A DNA stretch of 64,000 nt from Eledone cirrhosa (Eukaryota): NCBI GenBank assembly GCA_964016885.1, contig OZ024757.1, positions 28,892,001 through 28,956,000 on the forward strand. Reading direction: 5' to 3'. Of this stretch, positions 14,093 to 26,949 are shown piece by piece (the stretch's first letter is position 1; each line of letters starts with the position of its first letter). Both the position numbers and the translations under genes were made by a program. The notes under the pieces are model-generated. The model ran no database searches. It had not been told where the DNA came from and saw only the letters and a list, made by a program, of their open reading frames with translations.

Positions 14093-16099
14093 GTGTGTAC
14101 ACATCTGTGTAATCATCAGCAGCTATACATAGACATACAACCATATATTCGCCAAGAAGACAAATGTCGTTGCTGTAAGATCATTAACAATCGTTTGTCT
14201 AATAAGACTAATAAGTGCACCTAATGACCTCCTCCACATTGTCATCAACATATTACACTAATTAATGAGTGTCTGTCAATTAGAAGAAGATAAGATGTCA
14301 CTGTGACATGTTATCATGACCACTGATCAACAAGAAACCCAGTCCAAGGCCAGCAATTATCTCAGTGCATTACTGGTACTTTATTTTATCGACTCCGTAA
14401 GGATGAAAGGCAAAGTTAACCTCGGAGGGATTTGAACTCATCAAACAGTAAAGGTGCGTAACTCTATGCTACAAAGCATGGCGTCCGACCTTCTTCCGAT
14501 ACTGCCAATCCACCGAAAATATAATGAATATATTCTTGTATCGGTAAAGTGTCAGACACCATGCTTTGCAGCATAGAGTTATGGCCCTTTACGTGCTGAG
14601 TTCAAATCTGGCCATGGTTAGCTTTGTCTTTCATCTTTACGGGGTCGGTAAAATAAAGTACCAGTAATGCACTGGGGTCAATTTGGTTGACTTTCCTCTT
14701 CCCCAACAAATTGCTGGCCTTGTGCCTAAAGTAGAAACAATTATTTTATGACAGTATGAGGGCGATGGATTAGCAGTATCGGTAGAGCGTCAGACACCAT
14801 GCTTAGCAGCATAGAGTTACGACCCTTTACGTTCTGCATTCAAATCCCGCCGAGTTTAGCTTTGCCATTTATCCTTACAGGGTCGATAAAATAAAGCACC
14901 AGTAATACACTGGGGTCGATTTGGTTGGCTTTCACCTGCCCTTCAAATTTCTGGCTTTGTGCCTGTTGTAGAAACAATTATTTTATGGTATGAGATTACT
15001 AGATCAATTCTCGGACGGGCGATGTGCAAGACACTTTATTTCCCGTTGCTCTATCTGCCTAGAGATGCGACCAGCAGATAGTATCAGCAATGGAAAGACC
15101 AATGGAAACATTGTTTCCTTGACCAGATTTGATGAGTTCCACCCAAATCTGTAAGTGAATGAGATCTGGGATATTGTCGATGTTCTCCTTCTCTAGACCC
15201 GAAGACTCTGGGATGGGTGAGAAATGTCTACTCTTGTGAAAATAGGTATAGGTTTCATTATGTAAAATCTCCCAATTTTGCTTCATTTCTCTCCGTTTTG
15301 AGACACTTAATTTTTCATGGTACTCCCCGTTTAGGTTTTTAGAGGTTGGCAGGTTTGATATGTGAGTGTGTGTATATACGTATGTGTATGTGTGTGGACC
15401 TGTCAAATCTCCCCATCCGACGGGGAGATCTCCAACGACCTCCAAGCCTGTTTGGGGTGGGTGAGAGATGTCTTCTCTTGTGAAAATGGGTATAGCATTC
15501 ACTATGTAAAATCTACCCATTTTGCGTCATTTCTTTCCATTTTGGGGGCACTTTTCTTTCATGGTGCTCCCCATTTGGGTTTTTAGAGGTTGGCAGGTCT
15601 TATATGTGAGTGTGTGTGTGTATGCGTATGTTTGTGTGGGAATGTAAGCGTATGTGTATTTGCGTGCATGTGTGTATATGTGCACGCATGTGTGTGTACG
15701 TAGGCGTATGTGTATGTCAATGCATATGTGTGTGCTTGTTTGCGTGCATATCTTTATGTGTGTATATTTGTGTATATTCAACCTTTCTCGTCCCCCCCTC
15801 CCCCTCCTCAAACTCCTCGTCATAACCAACATTCCGTCACCCTCTCCTCCAACCACCACTATATTAAGCTATTATTATTAAACCAATTATCACTCTTGCT
15901 TTTGTTGTAGTAGTTGTTGTTGGTGTTTTGATTGTCGAAATATTTCCTTAAGCTGAACGTGGCTCAATTCTATTGGGATATTAATTGTTGTTGTTGTTTC
16001 GCCCTCTAAATCTCCCATATCTATACTGGTCAACATATGAAATATAAATACTGAATGGGACACACACACTCTAAAAGGCACATATATACATACACATTT

Positions 16100-16164
<65 letters not shown>

Positions 16165-16424
16165 TATATATATATGCATATATATATATGCATATATATA
16201 TAATTGTTTCTACTTTTGATACAAGGCTAGCAATTACCCCAGTGCATTACTGGTACTTTATTTTTTGGACCCCGTATGGATGAAAGGCGAAGTTAACCTC
16301 GGCGGGATTTGAACTCAGAACGTAAAGGGCCACAACTCTATTCTGAAAAGCATCGTGTCTGGCGGTCTGCCGATACTGCCAATCTACAATGTCCACCAAT
16401 CTACAATGTCCACCAATCATAGAG

Positions 16425-16455
<31 letters not shown>

Positions 16456-18294
16456 CCAACAACTACGACAGCCGCAACGATGTTAGCGTCTTTGATGCGG
16501 GATTTGGTGACGTCATTGCTAGAGTGAAACCAGAAACTGTAGAATATGCGCCATGTTTGTTGTACGAAGTACAAACATATGACGAGTCTTTGAGGTGTTT
16601 TCCGACAAAAAAAAAACACAACAAAAACAAAAACAAAATACACACAAAGCGATTCCATGTAGTTGCTCGATTAGCTAGAAATAGCAGCCAAATTCGCCTC
16701 AAATTATGTTCTCCTGTGTCTTTAAAAGAAATTCTAAAGGATATATTGGATAATGTAGTACTTGGCTTTACAAAAAAGTCGGGATGGTCACGATTGGAAC
16801 ACGACTTTGACCATGTATTGTATGCTGGGACAGGTTTTGCTGACCTGATGATTATATAACAATAATAACAACATCTATAATAACATCTGAACAACAATAG
16901 CAACATCTGTAACAACAATAACAACATCTGTAACAATAACATCTGTAACAACAATAGCAACATCTGTAATAACAATAACAACATCTGTAACAATAACATC
17001 TGTGACAACAATAACAACATCTGTAACAATAACATCTGTAACAACAATAGCAACATCTGTAATAACAATAACAACATCTGTAACAATAGCATCTGTATCA
17101 ACAATAGCAACATCTGTAACAATAACATCTGTAACAATAACATCTGTAACAATAACATCTGTATCAACAATGGCAACATCTGTAACAAAATTAATAACAA
17201 CATAACGACATCTGTAACAACAATAACGACACCCTTATCAACAACAACGACATCTGTAACAACAATAACAACATAACTACAAACGACATCAATAACAACA
17301 ACAGCAACAACGCTGTTGGACCTCCGTCTGTTGCGACGACTTGCGTAACACTTGTTTAAACAAGGGAACAGCCTACTCGTGAAATTAAAGTGCAAGCGAG
17401 TAAGTATTCCACAGACACATGTACCCTTCATATAGTTCTAAGGGAGATTCAGTATGATGCAGTGTTTGAGAAAGTTGACGCTTTGAACCCCAGGTGAATG
17501 GACCAGATCTACGTGTAAATAAAAAAAAAAACCTCTTTGTTTAAAGACACAATGCCCCATCCGGAACTGGATATGAACGCACGACCTTACGATCATGAAC
17601 TGAACACTCTAATTACAATTCTACGAACACACGCACCATTAACGTGGTTCTCAGGAGATTTTGCGTGACGCAGTGTTTGAGTCGGACCCGTCACCAACGC
17701 AGGGAAGAAGGGACGCACTGGAAGGTTCTGCCCCTCTCCTCTACGTTTCAAGGGTACATCCTCTGATTTAGAAAATCTAAGTTCGTTAAAAAAAAATTAA
17801 CCCCCCAAAAACCTACCCTGAAAATAGTTTCTTGCGAAATAGAGTTCCCACCAAAAGTCTTCTGAAGTCACCCCTGAGTACAACTTATTTTTTTGCCAGC
17901 TGAGTGGACTAAAGCAATGAGGAAATAAAGTGTCTTGCTCAAGGACAAAACACACAGCAAGAACAATATCAGGATATCTTGCCGGAGTATTGTATCAACA
18001 ACACGTCCACGCAATAACAGAGTTATGCACTTAAGTCTTCAAGGATCAGTAAGTCTCCCCTCTATCTTTATACATTAATTAATATATATATTTAATATAG
18101 AAATGGCTTCTACAGGACTAGAACTGTTTCATTCGGGAGAAATCATCAGCTTTCCTATATATATATATATATATATATATCCCCCCCCCCCCAAAAAAAA
18201 ATGTATGCACACTTCAACAGCATTCTAATAAATATTGCCTATACAGGTAATCAAAGTATGTATACATATTTTGGACACCCTGCATATATATATA

Positions 18295-19231
18295 TATCAT
18301 CATCATCATCGTTTTTACGTCCGTTTTGTCCATGCTTGCATGGGTTGGACGGGTCCTTTTCAGCACACCATCTCTCCACTCATTGCGTTCCTTCGTCATC
18401 TGCGCCGTGAGTCCCGGCGAGTTTAGATCAGCTCTCAGCAGCTCTGTCAAGGTTTTCCTTAGTCTACCTCTAATGCGGTTTCTCTCCACGAGGATTTCCT
18501 GGCATTTCTTCACCCAACGATCATCATCCATGCACATCACATGTCCGTACCAATGCAGCCTTCTCTCTTTCACACCACTTCGGATATCTCTTAAACCCAG
18601 TTTCTCTTTTAGTTCATCCAAGCTTTGCCTGTCTCTCTCCCTTACATTGCACATCCAACGAAACATTGTTGCTTCATTTCTCTCCAGTTTACGGATGTCC
18701 TCTGCCCATGTTACACTACCACGCAGCATTTCACTTCGCTCACAGTCGTCCTTTTGAACGTAGGGAGAAACCTTTTTGCTGTCAACAGTGGGAGTAGATA
18801 TCTAAACTCCTTCTATCCTACCCTTATTCGAGCTATTATGCTCCCAGAGCACCCTCCGCTACTAACTAAGTCTCCTAGGTAGTAGAAGCTATCAACCACT
18901 TCTATGGATCCTTCCTGTAATCGAAAAAAATCTATAACACTGACACTCTTCCCCTCGATTACTTCGGTGCATCTTCTACTTACAAAGTCTTCCCTTCCTG
19001 TTAGTCTACCTGCTATACCACTTGTGTACCCAGGACTTACATTGAGTACATCATACAGAGTTTATGCCTACTCCTTTTCTACACATTGAGCAGGGCCACT
19101 TCCCGAGGGGATCTTCTTTCTTACCAGCATTTTAGTTTTGACTAAGTTTACTCTCAGACCTTTTGATTCCAAATTATGTTTCCATAGTCAGAAATTACTC
19201 TCTAGTTCTATTATGGATTTAGCTATAAAGA

Positions 19232-19233
<2 letters not shown>
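18295..19233 (-). mobile_element. 5'-truncated RTE-clade LINE (RT C-terminus, Cys-rich insert, (GAT)n tail)
   Basis: GLRVNLVKTK, WPCSMCRKGVG, RRLHWYGHV...RGR.RKT motifs with stops; GAT-repeat tail. Confidence 0.9.
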
Positions 19234-19272
<39 letters not shown>

Positions 19273-19738
19273 TAAACGGAACAGAAAACGCTGACAAACC
19301 GTTCACAGCTGAAAAATGGTTCAGTTGTGGTTCCAAGTTTTCAAGCTCTTACCGGTTGCGCACTTCCATATATATATATATCATCATCATCATCGTTTAA
19401 CGTCCATCTTCCACGCTTGCATGGGTTTGGACAGGAATTTTCCCACTTGAGGCAAGATTGGTTGTCTTGCTCGTATGTGTATGTGTGTGTGTGTTTATAT
19501 ATGTATGTATGTTTATATATATACACACACACACATATATGTTTATATATATATATATACATATATGTTTATATATATATATACATATATGTTTATATAT
19601 ATATACATATATGTTTATATATATGTTTATATATATACATATATCTTTATATATGTAAATATATATATATATACATGTTTATATATATATGCATTTATAT
19701 GTTTATATATATATATATAATATATATATATATAATAT

Positions 19739-19780
<42 letters not shown>

Positions 19781-19914
19781 ATATGTAGAAGTTATATTTA
19801 ATTTGTTGGGATACAACAAGCAAATATTTTTATAACTGATATAAAGCACTCAACAAATTTTTGGAGTAAAAACAATATTTTAACAAATGGAAACTATATT
19901 TATAAAATCATATT

Positions 19915-19979
19915 TATTTCATTATACATATTTCAAGGACACCAAAGCAAATTATAGTGCGCTTTCATCAGATAAAATA
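19915..19979 (-). ncRNA. Type I hammerhead motif in left arm of inverted repeat
   Basis: Minus strand: uauuuuau CUGAUGA aagcgcacua..uggugtccuu GAAA uaugua UA augaaaua. Confidence 0.75.
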
Positions 19980-20069
19980 TAATATAATCTAGATCCGGGA
20001 GCTTCCAACTGACATGGTTGCATTCTTTAAGGGTATGTCAATATTTGTTTATAAAACTGATCTATATTA

Positions 20070-20134
20070 TATTTTATCTAATGAAAGCGCACCATAATTT
20101 GCTTTGGTGTCCTTGAAATATGTATAATGAAATA
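20070..20134 (+). ncRNA. Hammerhead copy in right arm, core mutated (CUAAUGA)
   Basis: Mirror of 19915-19979 with G5 changed to A. Confidence 0.6.
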
Positions 20135-20176
20135 AATATGGTTTTATAAATATAGTTTCCATTTGTTAATATATTG

Positions 20177-20217
<41 letters not shown>

Positions 20218-21159
20218 CTCTACACATATATTATCTATCTCCATACCTGTGTGTATGTGTTTATATGTAAGTTATTGTATAATCCTCTCTGTACCTAAGT
20301 AGCTGTAAGGATTATCGATCGACGGCAGATTAACCGGATTATCAACAGCACTGTATATAAATCCCTCGTCCTTACACAGTGGTAGCACCTCTTACGTGTG
20401 TATGTTATTGTCTCGGTTACCTATTTAATATAAAACGAAAGGAGCTGGTCGCCAAATCCGACTCAAGGGGATGAAAGGCAAAGTTAACCTCGGCGGGATT
20501 TGAAATCAGACCATAAAGAGCCGTAACTCTTTGCTGCAAAGCATGGCGTCCGACCTTCTACATACTGCCAATCCACTGGGAGATTTTACATAATGAAAGC
20601 TATACCCATTTTCACAAATGAAGACATCTCTCACCCACCCCAAAGGGGGTTAGAGATCTCCCCGTCGGATAGGGAGAGTTGACAGGTCTACATACATACA
20701 TACATACACATACGTATATACACACATTAACATATGCACACACACACACATACACACACACTCACATATCAGACCTGCCGACCGCAACTCATGACGGAAG
20801 AAAGGAGCCGGTCGTCATATCTAGCCAATGAGATAATATGTTCATTGGTCTTTCTATTGCTAATCCTATCTGTCAGTTGCAACTCTTGGCAGAAGGAGTA
20901 ACATGAAATAAAGTAGTTTGTTCAAGAACACAATACGCTCACTGCTCCAGGAATCGAACTCACGAACTCATGATCGCCAGTTGAACACCCTAACAACAAC
21001 ACACCACTTTTTTGTGTTTTTTTTTATCAATTGCTAGGGTACCTACTTTGAGGTGTGTTTTATTGGGGGCGGTCTGTTACTGGACTAACTATTATTGGGT
21101 ACCTATTGCTAGGGGCACTTATTACTAGGCCAACAATTTTGAGGGTAACCATTATTTAA

Positions 21160-21960
21160 AGGCGATGAATTGACAGAGTCATTAGAACGTCAGATAGAGT
21201 GCTTTACGGTATTCGTTTCATCTCTCTGTGCTCTGAGTTCAAATCCCTCAGAGGTCAACTTTGCTTTTCATCCTTTCGAGGTCGATAAAAAAAATACCAG
21301 TCTAGTACTTGGGTCGATTCTTCCTCTATATCTCTTTCTCACTCTCTATCCTTCTCTGGAAGAAATCGGCTGTGTTTAAACCTGGTTTTAAAATGTCTTA
21401 GAAATGCCGTATGCCACTACAGCACCTCTAAGACTCCTTCAGGAGTTACGGGACCATGCATGTATCATTGTGTGCTTATTATTGGCGGCGAATTGGCAAA
21501 ATCGTTAGAACGTCGGATAGAATACTTTATGGTATTTGTTCCGGCTCTCTGCGCTCTCTGTGTTCAAACACCGCCGAGGTCAACTTTGTCTTTCATCCTT
21601 TCGAAGTCGACAAAAAAAAATACCAGTCTAGCATTGGGGTCGATTCTTCTTCTATATATCTTTCTCATTTCCTCTCTCTTACTTTCTATCTTTCTCTGGA
21701 AGAAATCTACTGTACTCACGTCTGGAGAGGGATAGGCGCTACCAGGCTTTAAAAATGCCCAAGAAACGTTGGTCAACTTTGCCTTTCATCCTTTCGAGGT
21801 GAATAAAAATAAATACCAGTCTAGTACTGGGGTTGATTCTTCCTCTATATCTCTTTCTCACTTCCATTCTCTGACAGAAATCTGTTGTGTTCAGACCTGG
21901 AGAGTAAATGGGCTCTGCCAGGTTTTAAAATGATTTAGAAATGCCGTATGCCACTACGGC
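21160..21960 (+). mobile_element. Tandem copies of a related SINE subfamily with a longer 3' part (also 40620-41100, 48250-48480, and 30920-31100 on -)
   Basis: Same B-box and core, followed by GGGGTCGATTCTTCCTCT...GACCTGGAGAG. Confidence 0.7.
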
Positions 21961-23881
21961 GTTCCGACAACTCCACCACTGGAGTGCCTATGACTGGAGT
22001 TACTACAGGATGGGGACTTGGTAGAGTCAGAGTCGTTAGAACACCAGAACACATATTTCTGTGGTATTTGTTCCGGTTCTGTGCGCCTCGTGTTCAAATC
22101 CAGCCAAAATCGACTTAGCTTCTTTGTTGTTTATCTTCTTCTTTATCTCGTCTTCGCCAACCACTTCATTTCCATCCACCCCACTTTCCCATTTTACCAC
22201 TACAACTCGCCCTCCACCACCAATAACAAGGGCATTGTCACAAACCATATTCCTACACCCTCACTACCCACTGCCAGCATTACCACTCCGAATAGTTTCA
22301 CCACCAGAACCCCCGTTATCAATATCCATAACCATTACTACCACCAACACCAGTATCACCTCAAACATTAGTAACCCCACGGTTACCACCACTACTACTA
22401 CAACCATTACCACCACCACCACTACTACTACCACCAATACCACCACAACTATAACCACCACCACTACCACTACAATCACCACCATCACCACTACAACCGC
22501 CACCAGTACCACAACCACCACCAATACCACCACCACCACTACCACCATCACCATCACCTCCCACCGCCATCACCACTACAACCACCAACACCACTCCCAC
22601 TACCACCATCACCACCTACCTCCACCACTACTACCAATACCAACACCACTACCACCAATACCACTACCACCAATACCACCATCCCCGAACCACCACCACC
22701 ACCACCACCACCAATCACTCCAGCCATCACAAAAATAAATAACCCTGTTTATCCAAACTTGTATCAATTAATTACACTCTAACTAAAATGTAGCCAGATT
22801 TAGCCATTGTCAGTCACAGCGCTGATTTATAAAGGAAGACATCTTGTTTGTGTTTGCTATTTTGGAGGCGGATAACATTTAGCTTGTTAACCGTCACGTT
22901 TGACTGGTTTGATGGCCACTTTGGTCTTGATATTGCTGCTGATGATGATGTTGTTATTGTTACTATTGTTGTTGTAGATGTTGTTGATGTTGTAATAGCC
23001 GCTGTTGTTTTTGTTACTGCTGTTTTCAGCGAAGACATAGGTGTTGGTCTTCGTAGTGCTGTTGTTGTTGATGATGATGATGATGTTGTTATTGCAGTTG
23101 TTGTTGTTGTAATAGCCGGTGGGGGTACCGATGATGGCGTTGGTGGTGGTGTGCCTGGTGGTAGTGGAGATGGTGGTGGTGGTAGTGGTACTGGTGGTGG
23201 TGGTGTTGTGCCTGGTGGTAGTGGAGATGGTGGTGGTGGTAGTGGTACTGGTGGTGGTGGTGGTGTTGTGCCTGGTGCTATCGGTGGTGGTGAGGGTGTT
23301 GGTGGAAGTAGTAGCGGTGGCAGTGGTGGTGGTGTTATTGGTGGTAGTGGTACTGGTGGTGGTGGTGTTATTGGTGGTGATGGTGGTGGTGGTAGTGGTA
23401 CTGGTGGTGGTGGTGTTATTGGTGGTGATGGTGGTGGTGGTAGTGGTACTGGTGGTGTTGTGCCTGGTGCTATCGGTGGTGATGAGGGTGTTGGTGGAAG
23501 TAGTAGCGGTGGTGGTGGTGTTATTGGTGGTAGTGGTACTGGTGGTGGTGGTGGTGTTATTGGTACTGGTGGTGGTGATGGTGGTGGTGGTAGTGGTACT
23601 GGTGGTGGTGGTACTGGTGGTGTTATTGATGGTGGTGTTGGTGGTGTTATTGGTGGTGATGGTGGTGTTGGGGGAAGTGGTAGTGGTAGTGGTGGTAGTG
23701 GTGGTAGATGTTACTGCTGTTTTTGTCGAAGTCAGAGAAAAAAGACGAAGAGACATAGGTGTTGATCTTCATAGTGCTGTTGTTCATGATGATGATGATG
23801 TTATTGCAACTATTGTTGTTGTTGTTGTGGCTGCAGTTGTTTTTGTTTCTGATGATGATGATGATGTTGTTATTGTTACTA

Positions 23882-24036
23882 CAGTGAAATTTCGTTATGA
23901 AAAAATTCGTGGTAACGAAAAATTATTTATAACGAAATCAACTTAACACAAAGAGCGTGTGGCTGGGTATTGAAAAAAATGTTCGTTATACTGAAAAATT
24001 CGTTATAATGGTATTCGTTATAACGGAATTTTGATG
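23882..24036. mobile_element. Tigger/pogo-type MITE
   Basis: TA-CAGTGAAATTTCGTTAT... with an imperfect inverted end ...GTTATAACGGAATTTTGATG and internal TTCGTTATA inverted motifs. Confidence 0.6.
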
Positions 24037-24504
24037 TTGTAGTGGCTGCTCTGGTTTTTGTTACTGCTACTGCTGTTTTCGCCGAAGAAAGAGGAGAAAG
24101 GTGAAGAGACGTAAGTGTTGGTCTTTATAGTGCTGATGATGATGATGATGATGATGTTATTGTTACTGTTGTTGTAGTTGTTGATGTTATAGTGGCTGCT
24201 ATTGTTTTTGTTCCTGGTGTTTTCGTGATTGTTGAATTGGGAGACAGAAGAGACATGGGAGGAGAAAGAGGAGGAGGAGGAAGTTAGACGTTGAAAAAAA
24301 AAATCAATCGACTTAAAATCAATATCAAAGCAAGCGTAATCTGTCATTGTATTATTGTTTTATGTTGGACACTTAGATAACTTGAGGTCGGACTGGTCAC
24401 TTCTTTAATTTTCTAGACCTGCTAGTGTCCAGTAGGTCGAAAGACATTGGCCCAACCATGGACCGTGGTGTTTTAACGAAACAGTACTAACCACACTGGT
24501 TTCA

Positions 24505-25305
24505 GGCTAAGTTATATAACGAAGAAATTGCACAGAGGTGCAACTGCAGGCTAAATTATATAGTGAAGGAATTGCATGGGGCCTCCAACCAAACTATATA
24601 GCGAAGAAATTGCATGGGACCTCCAACCAAGCTATATAGCGAAGACATTGGATGGGACCTCCAACCAAGCTATATAGCGAAGAAATTGCAAGGGATCCAA
24701 CCAAGCTATATAGCGAAGAAATTGCATGGGACCTCCAACCAAGCTATATAGCGAAGACATTGCATGGGACCTCCAACCAAGCTATATAGCGAAGACATTG
24801 CATGGGACCTTCACTCAAGTTATATAGCGAAGACATTGCATGGGACTTCAAACTGAGCAACAGCGAAGACATTTTACGGGACTTGAGGCTAAGCTATAGT
24901 GAAGGGGTTGCGTGGAACCTCAAGCTACGTTATAGCGAAACGATTGCACAGATTTCAGGCTAAGGTATATAGCGAAATGACGGCATGGAACTGCATGCTA
25001 AATTATATAGCGGAGTAATTACACGGGACCTCCGACCAAGCTATATTTCGAAAGGATTTTACGAGGTTTTAAGCTGATTTACAGAGAAAAAATTGCATGG
25101 AACTTGAGGTGAAGCTTTGGCGAAGGGATTGCCTGGAACTTCAGTCTGCGTTATAGCAAAGATATTGTTTGGGTCTTTAGGCTAAGCTATATAGCGAAGA
25201 AATTACATGGGACTTCAAGTTAAGCTATATAGCGAAGAAATTGCATGGGACTTGAAGTTAAACTAGATAGCGATGAGATTGTGTGGAACTTCAGGTTACA
25301 TTATA
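24505..25305. repeat. 38-bp minisatellite, homogeneous core with diverged flanks
   Basis: ccaagctatatagcgaagaaattgcatgggacctccaa. Confidence 0.88.
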
Positions 25306-25339
25306 TCTCAGACGAAGAGCCAGTCACGAAACGTCAGAT
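25305..25339 (+). ncRNA. Degenerate minimal hammerhead-like motif
   Basis: aucu CAGACGA agagccaguca c GAAA cg UC agau; 4-bp helix I, weak helix II, U4 changed to A. Confidence 0.45.
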
Positions 25340-26480
25340 TTTGTCAGCCCCGCCCTTATATGACATACAAATTCATCTAAATATCTTAACGTCACTGTAA
25401 GGTTTTTACCACAAGTTACATGGAACTAACAGGATTTTTTTTGCGTGTTGTATGGAAGTAATTCAGGACGATTCTACTCGAGCAGGAATTGAAACCGTGA
25501 TTCACAAATTGTTGGTGGCATGACGTTTTTTATTCGGAATTTTTAGTTAAAAAAAATAAATTTCCTAATCAAAAACTCACCTCCTTTTCCTCCTATCTGT
25601 ATTGAAAAATAATTATTTCTAACATTAGCACAAGGCCAGCAATCCAGGGAAGAGGAAAATCGATTATATTAACCATAGTACTTAACGGATACTTTATTTT
25701 ATCAACCCCAGAAGGATGAAAAGCAAAGTTGACCTCGGCGGGATTTGAACTTTGAACGCAGAACGCCGTGACTAAATACCGGAAATCATTTTGTCCAACG
25801 CTCTTCCGGTACTGTCAACCCAGCGCCCTTTTTTGTGTTAACAAATAATAATTCGTATACCGTAAGTTGTATTACCGCAATCCTCTTCGTTGGTTTATCA
25901 CCAGTCTTCCTTCTTCACTAATTAAAATGTTTGGAATGAATTTGGTAAGTTGTATATAACTATAAAACATTTTGGGGGTTGATCCATCTGTAAAATGTTT
26001 CGTTTGGTTTTGTGGGGTTTTTAAAAAAGTGATTTTGTGTTCATCGGGGCTTCTGCGCGTCAGAGAGAGAGTTCTCCACACCGCCAGGGCTTGTAACATT
26101 CCACGAGAGTATCTTGGTCAGTCTATGAAGGAGTGATGCTAGAACTGTGAAATCTTGCATGCTTTCATTTCAACACTTCATATTAATGATTGCGTTGTTT
26201 CCTTCCAGGAAATAAACCACATTTGATCATTCCATGAGAGTACCTTTGTCAGCTTATGAACTTTTCAGCCGACCCTCGTACCCTCATAAAAATGTTATCT
26301 ATTATTATTTTTTTATTTTTTTTTATCATTGTTGTAGCGTTAAAAACAAATTTTCTCGAAAGAGAACGTTTTAGCTTGCTTGAAGCATTGAGTAAAGGCT
26401 ATAAAATAGTGTTTTGTTTGATAACTTTCAAGCAAAAAAACTATTTTAACACTATTTTCTAACTTTTCTCGTGTTATTCC

Positions 26481-26925
26481 AACTGTCGCTGCAGTGTCGA
26501 CCACCTTCCACGCCATGCTGCTCTCAATGGGGTCATAAAACATGACTTGGATGCTGCAGGCTTCCCCTCCCAGCCCCGGCGGGGCTGGACCGAGGGGACG
26601 GCATGACCATCACGAGGTGGCAAACTCCTCGTCCGAGATGCCACATGCAGCGACACATTCTCCAGCGGCAACCTGGTATAGTCTGCGATAAACTCAGGTT
26701 CTGCTGTACTTCGAGCTGAGGAAGGTAACATCTCCAAGTATCGGTCGCTCTCCGACAGGTTTGTAGTCGAGCCCCTAGCAGTGGAGACTTCTGGTATCCT
26801 TGACCCTAGAGCTACCTCACTACTTACCACCATAGGCGCTGAGCTGGCGAGCCGCAGATGATGGAATGGCTCTTCTCGCGCCTCTCCCTAACCATCCTCC
26901 AGGGAAACGCCTTCTCTATTGTCCG
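26481..26925 (+). mobile_element. CRE-like non-LTR retrotransposon 3' remnant (restriction-like endonuclease domain)
   Basis: RHAALN.VIK..L.AAG.PS, GLDRGDG, DATCSDT, KYRSL...EPLAVETSG, RLSLTILQGNA, with frameshifts and stops. Confidence 0.82.
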
Positions 26926-26949
26926 CAGAACAGGGTAAGGCGAGAGTAA

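Larger units (their letters stand above)
19785..20177. mobile_element. Penelope-like non-coding element with inverted arms (19872-19986 and 20063-20177) between (TA)n tracts
   Basis: ~115-bp inverted arms, each with a hammerhead, plus a one-sided extension; same family at 57563-57880 and 4070-4250. Confidence 0.7.

Noticed and set aside
16389-17431. 156-aa and 322-aa ORFs
   Set aside because: Made of SINE fragments and an ACAACATCTGTA minisatellite; no recognisable domain
18100-18157. CUGAUGA..GAAA motif on - strand (copy at 49662-49722 +)
   Set aside because: Helices I and III pair too poorly to call a hammerhead; possibly a decayed family
22848-23946. Gly-rich, Val-rich and Thr-rich ORFs
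   Set aside because: (GGT)n degenerate repeat open in several frames
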